Assembly (NCBI GenBank): GCA_001916005.1
Contig: MNRP01000037.1
Location: 1,631-65,630, forward strand
Length of the DNA: 64,000 bases
Direction: 5' to 3'
DNA from: Clostridium sp. 26_22
GTDB lineage: Bacteria > Bacillota > Clostridia > TANB77 > CAG-508
Shown: positions 53,405 through 63,793 of the stretch, piece after piece
Layout: each line of letters begins with the position of its first letter
Numbering within the stretch: position 1 is the stretch's first letter
Notes under the pieces: model-generated
The model's input: the letters and a program-made list of their open reading frames with translations, nothing else
What the model was told of the DNA's origin: nothing
Database searches by the model: none
Program-made: the position numbers and the translations under genes

Positions 53405-53752
53405 ATGGATGGTATAAAAGGTAAGATTGCTGTAGCAATAGGAATAATAGTTTTCATTTTATTTTTATACGGGATATATTATTTGTTGGTTATTCAAAAT
53501 AGCGAATATTATACACAAATAGATAATAGCAAGGTAGAAAGTCTTTCCACGACAGATAATATGAAATATCAGTATACACTAACTGCATATGATGAAAAAG
53601 GCAAAAAGAAAGAAGTAACGTTTAAAACAAATAGAGAATTAAGAGAAGATGCATATTTAAAATTAGAAGTAATGTTAACTAGAGGAGTCACAAATTGGGA
53701 AGAAGTTCAGTTTGATGAGATGCCAAAAGAAGTTCAAGAGAAATATAAGTAA
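53405..53752 (+). CDS. YxeA-family (DUF1093) small exported protein
   Basis: It has a TM/signal segment followed by YYTQIDN...YQYTLTAYDEKGKKKEVTF...YLKL. Confidence 0.6.
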   Translation: MDGIKGKIAVAIGIIVFILFLYGIYYLLVIQNSEYYTQIDNSKVESLSTTDNMKYQYTLTAYDEKGKKKEVTFKTNRELREDAYLKLEVMLTRGVTNWEEVQFDEMPKEVQEKYK

Positions 53753-53820
53753 TGTAAATACCTAGCTTAGAAAGGCTGGGTATTTTTTATTGAATAAAGA
53801 TAAAAATATATGTTAAAGTA

Positions 53821-53851
53821 TTGACTTAGAGTAAACTCTAAATGATATATC
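53821..53851 (+). promoter_or_regulatory. second MerR-type promoter with related dyad, upstream of larC
   Basis: TTGACT, a 19-nt spacer, then TATATC. The dyad ACTTAGAGT-AA-ACTCTAAAT (53824-53843) is in the same register as at 49989-50008. Confidence 0.45.
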
Positions 53852-53900
53852 ATATTTGTGTTATAACAGGTAAAAATTATGTAGAAGGGAAGATAAATTT

Positions 53901-55106
53901 ATGAAAACACTATATTTTGATTGTTCAAGTGGAATTAGTGGAAATATGACACTAGGAGCGTTATTAGAAATCGTTGGGGACGAAAATTATTTATTAGGAG
54001 AATTGAAAAAATTAAATGTTGATGGATATAAAATAGAAATTTCTAAAAAAGTAAAAAACGGTATTACAGGAACATATGTTGATGTTATATTAGAAAATGA
54101 ACACCATCATCATGATCACGACCATGGTCATGCCCATGACCATGAACATCATCATCACCATGAGCATAGAAATTTATATGATGTTAACACTATTATAGAT
54201 AATAGTTCATTAGATGAAAATACTAAAGATTTAGCAAAAAGAATATTTTTAAGAGTTGCAAAAGCCGAATCAAAAGTTCACAATAAATCACTAGATGAAG
54301 TGCATTTTCACGAAGTTGGAGCTATTGACTCAATTGTTGATATAGTTGGAACAGCAATCTTAATAAATAAAATAAATCCAGATAGAATTATATCAAGTGT
54401 AGTTAATGATGGATATGGTTTTATAGAATGTGCACATGGAACTATGGCTGTACCAGTTCCAGCTACAAGTGAGATTTTTGCAGCATCTAATGTAAAGTTT
54501 AGACAGATAGATATAGATACAGAACTTGTAACTCCAACAGGAGCAGCAATTATAGCAGAGCTTGCAGAAGATTTTTCAACATTACCTGCAATGGTAACAG
54601 AAAAAATTGGTTGGGGAACTGGATCAAAAGAATTAAAGATACCAAATGTCTTAAAAGTTTACTATGGCGAAATGCAAGAAGAAAATCAAAATTTTGTAGT
54701 AATGGAAACAAACATAGATGATTGTTCAGGAGAAATATTAGGATATACTTCAGAAAAATTATTTGCAAATGGAGCTTTAGACGTATTTTATACGCCAATA
54801 TTTATGAAGAAAAATAGACCAGCATATAGATTATCTGTTGCTTGTAGAAAAGAAGATATGTTTAAACTTCAAAATATTATTTTTAAGGAAACAACTACAA
54901 TAGGAATAAGGTATCGTTTTGAAAGTAGAACAGAATTAGGTAGAGAATTTGTAGAAATAGATACAAAATACGGAAAAATAAGAGCAAAAAAAGTAATAAA
55001 TAACGGTGAAACATATGTATATCCTGAATATGAAAGCATGAAAAAAATAGCAGAAGAAAATAATATTCCTTTGAAGGAATTATATAAATTAGAAGAACTA
55101 AAATAA
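53901..55106 (+). CDS. larC: nickel-pincer cofactor biosynthesis protein LarC (nickel insertion, DUF111)
   Basis: It has the N-terminal YFDCSSGISGNMTLGALLE and a His-rich stretch HHHHDHDHGHAHDHEHHHHHEH. The LarC1 and LarC2 parts are fused. Confidence 0.8.
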   Translation: MKTLYFDCSSGISGNMTLGALLEIVGDENYLLGELKKLNVDGYKIEISKKVKNGITGTYVDVILENEHHHHDHDHGHAHDHEHHHHHEHRNLYDVNTIIDNSSLDENTKDLAKRIFLRVAKAESKVHNKSLDEVHFHEVGAIDSIVDIVGTAILINKINPDRIISSVVNDGYGFIECAHGTMAVPVPATSEIFAASNVKFRQIDIDTELVTPTGAAIIAELAEDFSTLPAMVTEKIGWGTGSKELKIPNVLKVYYGEMQEENQNFVVMETNIDDCSGEILGYTSEKLFANGALDVFYTPIFMKKNRPAYRLSVACRKEDMFKLQNIIFKETTTIGIRYRFESRTELGREFVEIDTKYGKIRAKKVINNGETYVYPEYESMKKIAEENNIPLKELYKLEELK

Positions 55107-55227
55107 TTAAATTATAATGATGTAGTAAAAGCTTATTTTATAAAAAAATATAAAATAAGCTTTTAAAATTGAATAAAAATTATTTAAATGATAGAATAAT
55201 AATAAAATTATACGTAGGAGAAAATTT

Positions 55228-55884
55228 ATGATAAGAGCGAAAGCAAGAAATTTATTAGAATTATTAAGGACTGGGAAGGGAATTAGCGGAAAATTTTCTA
55301 ATTATTATGATAAAGAGACAGGAAAGATAATAGATGTTATTGTAAATGAATGTAAATCTTTAGTAAAAAATTCAGAAGGAGAATTAAGGCAATACGAAAG
55401 TACAACTTCAATAGGTCATATAAGAGAAATTGTTAATCAATTATTAAGTGATAGAAATACAATAGGTCCAGTACAAGCTGGAGTAATAATGAGAGATAAT
55501 GGAATTTTAGGTTTGTCAAAAGAACTTAAAGTAATTAAAATAGTTGATAAATACGGTAAGTTAAAGTTAGATATAGAAAAACCTTTTCCAGATAATTTCA
55601 GAGACATAATAATGGGTATATACAATGAAAGAGAATTAACAGAAAAAATAATAAAGCCATATGTAGCTGGTCTTTGTGAGGAAAGCGAAGAACTATCCAA
55701 AAGACACATTTGGAGTAAAAGGTTAAATCCATTTAGACCAAGAAAATTATCTACTGATGAATTACAAAAAAGATATTCTAAATATTTAGAAAAAAATACT
55801 GATTTAGACGAAGAAAAAAGAGAAAATATGTCTAGATATTTTGTGGTGAATATTTTAGGTAGTGATAAAATTAAAAGGAAATAA
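55228..55884 (+). CDS. hypothetical protein
   Basis: It has an RBS and good coding texture. No family was recognised. Confidence 0.5.
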   Translation: MIRAKARNLLELLRTGKGISGKFSNYYDKETGKIIDVIVNECKSLVKNSEGELRQYESTTSIGHIREIVNQLLSDRNTIGPVQAGVIMRDNGILGLSKELKVIKIVDKYGKLKLDIEKPFPDNFRDIIMGIYNERELTEKIIKPYVAGLCEESEELSKRHIWSKRLNPFRPRKLSTDELQKRYSKYLEKNTDLDEEKRENMSRYFVVNILGSDKIKRK

Positions 55885-55952
55885 TAACTGACGAAATAAA
55901 TGGAACAGGTTTAACAGTAAAAGGAGAAAAGAAACGTAATAGCTATACAAGT

Positions 55953-56693
55953 ATGTTACAAAATATGGCTGCTAATGTGTTAGACATAATGGGGGCAATA
56001 GAAAATCCAAATGATAGGCTAGCAGAAATCGAAAACATTTACGCTAATATAGAAGAACAATTAGAAGCACTAAGTACAGAGCTAGTACCAGATTCAAATC
56101 AAATTGAAGAAACAATTATAAATTTTAATAGAGCTGTAAATAACAAAGATAAAGAATATACAGGTGAAGATGGATATAGAAGTGCAAATGTTACATTTGG
56201 AAGAAATAATACTAAAAGTGTAGGACTATTAGAACATGAATTTGTTCCACAGGCAATGAAATTATATTCAAAAGATATGGCGGATTTTTTAGAACATTCT
56301 AGCAAAATGTCTGATGAAGAGTATATAAAACAAGTAGCGAAATTTCATTTTAGATTTGTTAGAATACATCCATTTATAGATGGAAACGGAAGAACTGCAA
56401 GAGCAATAACAAATTCGTTATTATCTAATAGAGATTTATGTGCTACATTCGAAAAATATACAAAATCAGAATATATTAAGGATATGAATTCAATTATAAC
56501 AGATTATGATACATATAACAAAGGTTTATATACAGACCAATCAATTTGTAGTAAAATGGAAGATGAAAACATTCAAAAACTAGCAGACTATATAACTAAA
56601 AAATGTCAAATAGATAAAAACGAAATAGAGCAAGAAGGAAGTGCTGTAACTACAGATTTATCAAAAAAACAATCTACAGAAGAATATAGATAG
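55953..56693 (+). CDS. Fic-domain protein (AMPylase-type motif)
   Basis: It has the canonical HPFIDGNGRTAR motif. Confidence 0.8.
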   Translation: MLQNMAANVLDIMGAIENPNDRLAEIENIYANIEEQLEALSTELVPDSNQIEETIINFNRAVNNKDKEYTGEDGYRSANVTFGRNNTKSVGLLEHEFVPQAMKLYSKDMADFLEHSSKMSDEEYIKQVAKFHFRFVRIHPFIDGNGRTARAITNSLLSNRDLCATFEKYTKSEYIKDMNSIITDYDTYNKGLYTDQSICSKMEDENIQKLADYITKKCQIDKNEIEQEGSAVTTDLSKKQSTEEYR

Positions 56694-56856
56694 AATTATA
56701 AATTGATTTAGGGTAAACTCTAGAAAATAAAATTGAAAAATAAAAAGATTTATAAAAGGAAGTGATTATATTGATAATTACTTCCTTTAGTGTTATTATC
56801 AACCTAACAAAACAAGTGATAAAACTTGTCTAAATTATAGAAAGGTAGGGGGGTAT

Positions 56857-57708
56857 ATGAAAAGGGGATTAAAAATTTTAATAATTATTTTAGTGATTTT
56901 AGCTGTTGTAGCAGTAACTATTTTACTTGTTAACCACTTTACAACGAAAAAAGTAAGTAATGAGCTTACAGGAAATAGCATATCTTATGATAATACAGAC
57001 GCAATAGCTACAATGGATGTAGTAATAGTAAGAGTATATGATACATATCTTGGAGTTGTAGAAAAAGATGATACAACAGGTTTGATGCGAGTAAGTATTC
57101 CGACTGGTGATACTAATGAATACAAGCAAAACCAAGAAATTAGAGTTTATTTTGATGGAATAATAAACGAATCATATCCAGGTAGTTTTGGAAAGATTTT
57201 TAATATAGAGATTCTAAAAGAAAATAGTGATATTACAATACCAGAAAAAGCATTAAAGTATTTTTATAGTTCACGCAATAATGTATCAGTTTCAAATATT
57301 AATGTAACACAAACAGGTATATCTTTTGAAATAAAAGATACAAATGAATATAAATATGAATATAAAAATACATATACTTTATTCAAAAAGAATCCAGAAG
57401 CTGAACAAGTAGAAGCTCCAGATATGCCAATAGTAACAGGCAATACAACATCATCATATGAAGGAAGTGGTATTCCGCTTTGGGAAGAAGCATCAAAATT
57501 TTCAACTGTTAATAGTGAAGAAACAGTGATTTCTGAAGATATAACAGAAGATACTGTAAGAAAGACTTGTGATTGGACAAACATATATGGAAAATTAGCA
57601 AGTGGAGAATATGACTTTTCATTGAATGCAGAAGAATTTTTTATAAGAATTAAATTTACTGTAAATGAAAATGGAGAAATTTCAAATGTTGCTTCTGATT
57701 TTATGTAA
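56857..57708 (+). CDS. membrane-anchored extracytoplasmic protein of unknown function
   Basis: GGTAGGGGGG RBS. It has a single N-terminal TM helix. Confidence 0.5.
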   Translation: MKRGLKILIIILVILAVVAVTILLVNHFTTKKVSNELTGNSISYDNTDAIATMDVVIVRVYDTYLGVVEKDDTTGLMRVSIPTGDTNEYKQNQEIRVYFDGIINESYPGSFGKIFNIEILKENSDITIPEKALKYFYSSRNNVSVSNINVTQTGISFEIKDTNEYKYEYKNTYTLFKKNPEAEQVEAPDMPIVTGNTTSSYEGSGIPLWEEASKFSTVNSEETVISEDITEDTVRKTCDWTNIYGKLASGEYDFSLNAEEFFIRIKFTVNENGEISNVASDFM

Positions 57709-57789
57709 TATGGATAGCTCCAAACTTAGGAAGATTTTCAAAAATATATAATATTTAACATTGACATTTTAAATAAAAGGAAGAGAAAT

Positions 57790-58359
57790 ATGGGGATTTT
57801 TGAATTATTATTAATAGCAATAGGGTTAGCTATGGATGCTTTTGCAGTTTCAATATGCAAAGGTTTGGCAATGAAAAAAATGAATTGGAAAAAAGCTATT
57901 ATAGTTGGGCTTTATTTTGGCATATTCCAAGCACTTATGCCAGTTATAGGATACTTCTTAGGAACAACATTCGAAAGTTTAGTAACTAAAGTAGACCATT
58001 GGATAGCATTTATTCTTTTGGCATTTATAGGTGGAAAAATGCTTAAAGAAGCATTTGATAATAATTCTGAAGGGTATAATGATAGCGTAAATTTTAAAAC
58101 AATGGTAGTTTTAGCAATAGCAACAAGTATTGATGCTTTAGCAGTTGGTATAACTTTTGCGTTTTTACAAACTAATATAGTATTAGCAGTTATCTTAATA
58201 GGAGTAGTAACTTTTATATTATCTGTAATAGGTGTAAAAATCGGTAATCAATTTGGTATTAAATACGAGAAGAGGGCAGAGATTATAGGAGGAATAATTT
58301 TAATTCTTATAGGAATTAAGATTTTATTAGAACATTTAGGAATAATTAGTTTAGGGTAG
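57790..58359 (+). CDS. mntP: manganese efflux pump MntP
   Basis: The duplicated MDAFAVS / IDALAVG motifs and six TM helices are present. Confidence 0.8.
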   Translation: MGIFELLLIAIGLAMDAFAVSICKGLAMKKMNWKKAIIVGLYFGIFQALMPVIGYFLGTTFESLVTKVDHWIAFILLAFIGGKMLKEAFDNNSEGYNDSVNFKTMVVLAIATSIDALAVGITFAFLQTNIVLAVILIGVVTFILSVIGVKIGNQFGIKYEKRAEIIGGIILILIGIKILLEHLGIISLG

Positions 58360-58365
58360 TGATTT

Positions 58366-58404
58366 AAAACTAGCAGATAGAATAAATCTGCTAGTTTTGT
58401 TTTT
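58366..58404 (+). terminator. rho-independent terminator after mntP (overlaps 3' end of HxlR pseudogene)
   Basis: AAAACTAGCAGAT / ATCTGCTAGTTTT stem followed by GTTTTT. Confidence 0.65.
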
Positions 58405-58711
58405 CTCTATAACTATTTCCCCAGACAACCATAGAATCTAAAATAGGTTTTAAGCTCCAACCTGTTTCTGTTAAAGAATATTCAACTCTAGGTGGAACTT
58501 CTGCATATACTTTCCTATTAACAAGACCAGAAGCTTCCATTTGTCTTAAGTTATTTGTTAAAACTTTTTGGGTAATACCATTTAAAGATTTTTTTAACTC
58601 TCCAAATCTTTTAGTTCCAGTTAGTAAATCTCTAATAATTAAAACTTTCCATTTATCTCAAATTAACCCCATTGTAATTTCTACCGGACAAGCTGGTAAT
58701 TCTTTTTTCAT
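58391..58711 (-). pseudogene. HxlR-family regulator interrupted by an in-frame TGA at codon 18
   Basis: The minus-strand translation reads MKKELPACPVEITMGLI*DKWKVLIIRDLLTGTKRFGELKKSLNGITQKVLTNNLRQMEASGLVNRKVY...PPRVEYSLTE. A GGAG RBS is present. The stop codon (58658-58660) replaces the usual Gly of G-KWK. Confidence 0.7.
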
Positions 58712-58957
58712 AATATCAACTCCGTACTTTTAATCTTAATTAAATTATATCAAACAATTTAAAAATTACAACAGAGAAGCTATAAAAATATGCAATAGTT
58801 TCCGAAAGGATATAAGAGTTAAAATAAAACTAAAAAATTTAGTTGATTAAATTAAGAAAAATAGGCAAGAGTATCTTTAAGGAAACTATATTACAAAAAA
58901 GTGCCTACTTTACAAGTAAAAACAATAAATTTAGGTTGTATTTTTTTGAACAATATA

Positions 58958-59011
58958 TTGACACAATGTCAGAATAGTGATATATAATAATCAGCCTGAC
59001 ATGATGTCAGG
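58958..59011 (+). promoter_or_regulatory. promoter with two TGACA/TGTCA palindromes (likely TetR operators)
   Basis: TTGACA, a 17-nt spacer, then TGaTATATA. The palindromes are TGACAcaaTGTCA (58959-58971) and CCTGACATgATGTCAGG (58995-59011). Confidence 0.5.
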
Positions 59012-59035
59012 GAAATAAAGAAATGGAGATGTAAA

Positions 59036-59647
59036 ATGGAAAAGAAACCAGTAGATGTAAGAAGAGAAGAAATAATTAATGCATGTGAAGAACTATATAA
59101 AAAAGAGAATTTTAAAGATATAACACTAAAACAAATTGGAGAAAAAACAACATTTTCCCGTACATCAATATATAACTATTTTCAAACAAAAGAAGAGATA
59201 TTTTTAGCACTTTTTCAAAGAGAATATGAAAAATGGATAGAAGATTTAAATAAAATATATGAAAAAAATGAAAGATTAATGATCGAAGAGTTAGCAAATA
59301 AATTAGCCCATACAATAGAAAAAAGACCAACATTATTAAAACTATTAGCCATGAATTTATATGATATGGAAGATAATAGCAAAATGGAAGCATTAGTAGA
59401 ATTTAAACAAGCGTATGGTAATTCAATAAAAGCAGTAAAAAGATGTCTTGATAAATTTGTTACTAACATGAACGAAGAAGAAAAAACAAACTTTATACTT
59501 TCATTTTTTCCATTTATGTATGGAATATATCCATATGCAGTTGTAACAGCTAAGCAAAAAGAAGCAATGGAAAAAGCTGATGTGCCATTTAAAAAATTAA
59601 CAATATATGAAATTGCATACATGGGAACTTTAAAATTGTTAAAATAA
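59036..59647 (+). CDS. TetR-family transcriptional regulator
   Basis: The N-terminal HTH is ITLKQIGEKTTFSRTSIYNYFQTKEEIF. Confidence 0.8.
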   Translation: MEKKPVDVRREEIINACEELYKKENFKDITLKQIGEKTTFSRTSIYNYFQTKEEIFLALFQREYEKWIEDLNKIYEKNERLMIEELANKLAHTIEKRPTLLKLLAMNLYDMEDNSKMEALVEFKQAYGNSIKAVKRCLDKFVTNMNEEEKTNFILSFFPFMYGIYPYAVVTAKQKEAMEKADVPFKKLTIYEIAYMGTLKLLK

Positions 59648-59663
59648 AAAAGGAGTGAAGGGT

Positions 59664-60140
59664 ATGAGTAAAAAATTAGTAGCATTTTTTTCGTGCACAG
59701 GAACAACTAAAAAGGTAGCAGAGAATTTGTCAAAGGCTATAGGAGGCGATTTGTATGAGATAGTACCAACAAAATTATATACAAACGCAGATTTAAATTG
59801 GACTGATAAAACAAGTAGATCTTCTTTAGAAATGAATGATAAAAATTCTAGACCAGAAATAGCTACAAAAGTAAGTAATATGGAAGATTATGACACTATT
59901 TTTATTGGATTTCCAATTTGGTGGTATGTTGCTCCAAGAATAATAAATACATTTTTAGAAAGTTATGATTTTTCAGGAAAGAAAATAATAGTTTTTTGTA
60001 CATCAGGTGGAAGTGGTCTTGGAAATACTGTGGCAGACTTAAAACAAAGCATATCAAGTGAAACAGAAATAATGGAAGGAAAACGTTTTGGAGTAAATAC
60101 AAGCATAGAAGAACTAAAAGAATGGGCAAATAAATTTTAA
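59664..60140 (+). CDS. flavodoxin
   Basis: AAAGGAG RBS, then ATG 59664. It has VAFFSCTGTTKKVAE and GFPIWWYVAP. Confidence 0.75.
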   Translation: MSKKLVAFFSCTGTTKKVAENLSKAIGGDLYEIVPTKLYTNADLNWTDKTSRSSLEMNDKNSRPEIATKVSNMEDYDTIFIGFPIWWYVAPRIINTFLESYDFSGKKIIVFCTSGGSGLGNTVADLKQSISSETEIMEGKRFGVNTSIEELKEWANKF

Positions 60141-60144
60141 GTAA

Positions 60145-60690
60145 ATGAGAGAAAATATGAAAATAGTAGTTTTAACAGGAAGTTATAATTTACATGGGAC
60201 ATCAAACACATTAGTAGATGAATTTATAAAAGGAGCTAGAGAAAACGGAAATGAAATTGTTAGATTTGACACTGCACATTTATATATACATCCATGTATA
60301 GGTTGCAATCATTGTGGAATGGATGGAGATTGTGTATTTAAAGATGATATGGTTAATATTTTAGAGAATATTGAAGATGCAGATATGTTAGTTTTTGCGA
60401 CACCAGTATATTATTTTGCAATGACAGCACCATTAAAAGCCACAATAGATAGATTTTATTCAAGAACAGGAAGAATAAGTCGTAAAAGATTAAGAACAGC
60501 ATATATTATGACATGTTGGAATACAGACGATTCTACTGTAGAACCATTAATAGTACATTATAAAAAGTTAGTAAGTTATATGAATTATAAAGATGAAGGA
60601 ATGATTATAGGAAAAGGATGTGGAACAGTAGGAATGATACCAAGCCATTTTTATAAAGATGCGTACGAATTAGGAAAAAGGATTAAATAA
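60145..60690 (+). CDS. iron-sulfur flavoprotein / NADPH-dependent FMN reductase-like
   Basis: It has KIVVLTGS...GTS and a CIGCNHCGMDGDC cluster motif. The start may be ATG 60157. Confidence 0.65.
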   Translation: MRENMKIVVLTGSYNLHGTSNTLVDEFIKGARENGNEIVRFDTAHLYIHPCIGCNHCGMDGDCVFKDDMVNILENIEDADMLVFATPVYYFAMTAPLKATIDRFYSRTGRISRKRLRTAYIMTCWNTDDSTVEPLIVHYKKLVSYMNYKDEGMIIGKGCGTVGMIPSHFYKDAYELGKRIK

Positions 60691-60745
60691 AATGGAGGTT
60701 TTGAAGTTAGTATCGAAAGAGTAAATTAAATAAGGAGGATTTTTT

Positions 60746-61039
60746 ATGAGTTTAACTATTAATATTTATTATACAGGAAAAGATGGTTCTGCAAGAAAAT
60801 TTGCAGAGGAAATGGTATCAGCTGGAGTGGTAGAAAGAGTTCGTGGAGAAAAAGGTAATTTAAAATATGAATACTTTTTTCCAATGGATGATCCAGAAAC
60901 AGTATTATTAATAGACAGATGGGAAAGCGAAGGAGCGCTAGATGAACATCATAAATCTCCAATGATGAAAGAAATTGCAGAACTTAGAGATAAATATAAA
61001 CTTCATATGAGAGTTGAACAATTTGTAGAAAAGAATTAG
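60746..61039 (+). CDS. antibiotic-biosynthesis-monooxygenase (ABM) domain protein
   Basis: A 97-aa ferredoxin-like dimeric alpha-beta barrel pattern (LLIDRWESEGALDEHHKSPMM). Confidence 0.65.
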   Translation: MSLTINIYYTGKDGSARKFAEEMVSAGVVERVRGEKGNLKYEYFFPMDDPETVLLIDRWESEGALDEHHKSPMMKEIAELRDKYKLHMRVEQFVEKN

Positions 61040-61132
61040 ATGGTTAAAGAAATTATTTTATATTTTAATATATAGAATAGTTTCTTTTTTTATGGTAAGA
61101 TGGGACCAAATAGTAATTTATAGGGAGCATTT

Positions 61133-61501
61133 ATGAAAAGAAAAAGAGTTATCATAACAATTATAATATGTATTATTATTTTATTTGGTGCTACAATATT
61201 TTCAATATCTAAATTCAATGTTTGGAATCCATTTTCATCTTGTTTAGGGATGTTAGAAATTTTATTTACAAATAGAGAATATACAATAGTACAAAATTAT
61301 CCTAGTAGAGTAGTGTTTTGTAAAACGTCAGCTTCATCAAATAAAACCAGTATACAATATTTAGATGAATATATGAAAAATAGAGATTTCATACTTGAAG
61401 AGCAAGTAGGTGGAATTTTAAAATATAGTAATGGAAGTGAAAAAGAATATATTTCATTTTCTGAAAACAAATATTTTTCAAAGTGGGAATGGGAAAAATA
61501 A
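61133..61501 (+). CDS. membrane-anchored hypothetical protein
   Basis: It has an N-terminal TM helix. No family was recognised. Confidence 0.45.
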   Translation: MKRKRVIITIIICIIILFGATIFSISKFNVWNPFSSCLGMLEILFTNREYTIVQNYPSRVVFCKTSASSNKTSIQYLDEYMKNRDFILEEQVGGILKYSNGSEKEYISFSENKYFSKWEWEK

Positions 61502-61579
61502 AGAAGTAAGTACGAAACAGATATTCAAATTAATAGATAATAGTTACAAAATATCTTTAATAAAATAAAGGAGATAAAT

Positions 61580-62092
61580 ATGGTAATTTTAATAGCAGGC
61601 TCATCACATACAGGAAAAACATTATTAGCACAAAAATTATTAGAAAAATATAAATATCCATATCTTTCAATAGATCATTTAAAAATGGGACTTATTAGAA
61701 GCAAAAATACAAATTTAACAGTAGAAGATGATCAAGAACTAACTAAATATTTATGGAATATTTTAAAAGAAGTAATAAAAACAAATATAGAGAACAAACA
61801 AAATATTATAATAGAAGGTTGTTATATACCTTTTAAATGGAAAAAAGATTTTAATGAGGAATATCTAAAAGAAATAAAATATGTTTGTTTAATAATGACA
61901 GAAGAATATATCGAGAATAATTATGATGATATTATAAAATACGAAAATATTATAGAGCAAAGAAAAAAGCAAGAAGATATAAATATAAAAGAGCTAATAG
62001 AAGAAAATAAATATAACTTAAGAATGTGCGAAGAATATAAAAATAACTATATTTTAATTGATGGTAATTATGATATTAGTATAGATATTTAG
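61580..62092 (+). CDS. P-loop kinase-like ATPase
   Basis: Walker A GSSHTGKT lies at the extreme N-terminus. It is small-kinase-like (170 aa). Confidence 0.55.
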   Translation: MVILIAGSSHTGKTLLAQKLLEKYKYPYLSIDHLKMGLIRSKNTNLTVEDDQELTKYLWNILKEVIKTNIENKQNIIIEGCYIPFKWKKDFNEEYLKEIKYVCLIMTEEYIENNYDDIIKYENIIEQRKKQEDINIKELIEENKYNLRMCEEYKNNYILIDGNYDISIDI

Positions 62093-62326
62093 TAAATGTG
62101 AAAGCGTTGAAACAATTGAAGAGAGATGAAATAGTAAAGAAGAAAATTAAATAACAAGAAACGTGGTAATTGTAGCAGAAGCAATTAGCACGAGTATTCT
62201 TTAATCAATTCAAAACCACCTATAATAATTATAGGTGGCTAAATTTTATAAAATCTTAATAAAAATTAAGAAATTTTTAATTGTTTATTAGTATAGGAAA
62301 TATATAATTTAGATGAGGGGATAAAA

Positions 62327-63250
62327 ATGAAGAAAAAAGTTATAATATTTCTTATAATAATACTAGGTATATTTTTAGCAAGTTGGGTAATAAAGCCAGA
62401 AAATTTAAGAGAAATAAAAGAAAAGGTTAGAAATATATTTTTTGAAAATCAAACTACAAGTTCATATAATGCAAAATCACTTATTTTAGTAGATCTTTCA
62501 AATGATGAAAGCTTTATATCGAAAAATGCAGATGAGAAGCAAGTACCTGCTAGTTTAGCTAAATTATTTGTTATTGAATATGCAACTACATTTACAAATT
62601 TAAATGATATAGTTACAGCTAAAAGTGAAGCAATAGCTTTAACAAAAGAAGGTTCATCTGTGGCAAATATTAAAGCAAAAAAATATTATCTTAAAGATTT
62701 GTTTGCAGCTATGCTAGTACCATCAGGAAATGATGCGGCTTATGTTGTTGCATATTATTGTGGTGGGATTCTTTCACCAACGAGTAGCAGTAGTAAGGAG
62801 CGAATAAATATTTTTATGGAAAATTTAAATATATATATAAAAGACGAAGGATATACAGGAACTATCTTACATGATCCAAGTGGCTTTGATACAGAAGCAA
62901 CTACTACTGTGGCAGACCTTAAAAAAGTTACGAAAAAATTATTAGGTCACAAATGGTTTAGAAACATTGTTGCTAAATCGACATATACAGCCAATTTACC
63001 AGATGGCAGTAAACAAACATGGAAGAGTACAAATACTTTTCTTGACTCCTCATCAGAATATTATAATAAAAATGTAATTGGTGTAAAAACAGGTTCTTTA
63101 GCTGATGATTATAATTTGGTAGTTTTGTATAAAGCACATGGTAAAGAATTTTTAATTTGTAGTTTAGGTTCAGAGTCTGATACTTCAAGATATGACGATG
63201 TTAGTTATATTATAAAAACAATAGATGAATCAGATTATTTGAAAAAATAA
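62327..63250 (+). CDS. D-alanyl-D-alanine carboxypeptidase (S11 family)
   Basis: It has SLAK (SxxK), SGND (SxN) and KTGS (KTG), plus an N-terminal anchor. Confidence 0.8.
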   Translation: MKKKVIIFLIIILGIFLASWVIKPENLREIKEKVRNIFFENQTTSSYNAKSLILVDLSNDESFISKNADEKQVPASLAKLFVIEYATTFTNLNDIVTAKSEAIALTKEGSSVANIKAKKYYLKDLFAAMLVPSGNDAAYVVAYYCGGILSPTSSSSKERINIFMENLNIYIKDEGYTGTILHDPSGFDTEATTTVADLKKVTKKLLGHKWFRNIVAKSTYTANLPDGSKQTWKSTNTFLDSSSEYYNKNVIGVKTGSLADDYNLVVLYKAHGKEFLICSLGSESDTSRYDDVSYIIKTIDESDYLKK

Positions 63251-63304
63251 TGTTATTTACGAATTGAATGTGATATAATTAATCGGAGAAAAAAATATCA
63301 ATTC

Positions 63305-63793
63305 ATGAGAAAAGAGGAGAAAGCTTTTATGCGAAAGTTGACAAGAAGATTTATCATTGGTTCATTAGGCAATTTGAATTTAAGTAGACCTATCAGATAT
63401 GAAAGATATTACATTAATAATAATTTAAGAATACAAAGAAAGAATAATGAATACCAAAAGGAAATATTAGATGATAGTAATAATATTATAGAAAAATACA
63501 ATATATCAGAAAATGAATTTTTAAGGTTAAAAGAACAGGCACGTTCAGAAATAATTAGAGATAGTTACTTATATTTAGATGATAGTAGAATTTCTATAAA
63601 GGAATATCTAGGAAAATATAAAGGCTTATTTAGAGTAGAAGTTACTTTCAACTCAACAGAAGAAGAAAAGGCGTACATAAAAGAAAAGTGGATGGGAGAA
63701 GAGATAACTACTTCGCCATTAGCATTTGATATATATTTAAGTAAATTGTCTGATAATGAATTTAAAAAAGAATTAAATAAATATTTAAATTAA
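63305..63793 (+). CDS. hypothetical protein, possibly degenerate CYTH-like
   Basis: KLTRRFIIG...YERYYINNNLRIQRK resembles the CYTH N-terminal strands but lacks the ExExK acidic residues. Confidence 0.35.
   Translation: MRKEEKAFMRKLTRRFIIGSLGNLNLSRPIRYERYYINNNLRIQRKNNEYQKEILDDSNNIIEKYNISENEFLRLKEQARSEIIRDSYLYLDDSRISIKEYLGKYKGLFRVEVTFNSTEEEKAYIKEKWMGEEITTSPLAFDIYLSKLSDNEFKKELNKYLN

Noticed and set aside
54100-54165. His/Asp-rich run (HHHHDHDHGHAHDHEHHHHHEH), considered as an artificial tag or insertion.
   Set aside because: His-rich metal-binding stretches are a native feature of LarC-type nickel insertases.
57709-57789. Looked for a yybP-ykoY (Mn) riboswitch upstream of mntP.
   Set aside because: Only about 80 nt of A+T-rich spacer are available, with none of the conserved G-rich four-way-junction sequence.
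58658-58660. In-frame TGA in the HxlR gene, considered as selenocysteine or programmed read-through.
   Set aside because: The position is normally Gly. No SECIS-like hairpin follows. A simple GGA-to-TGA nonsense mutation is more parsimonious.
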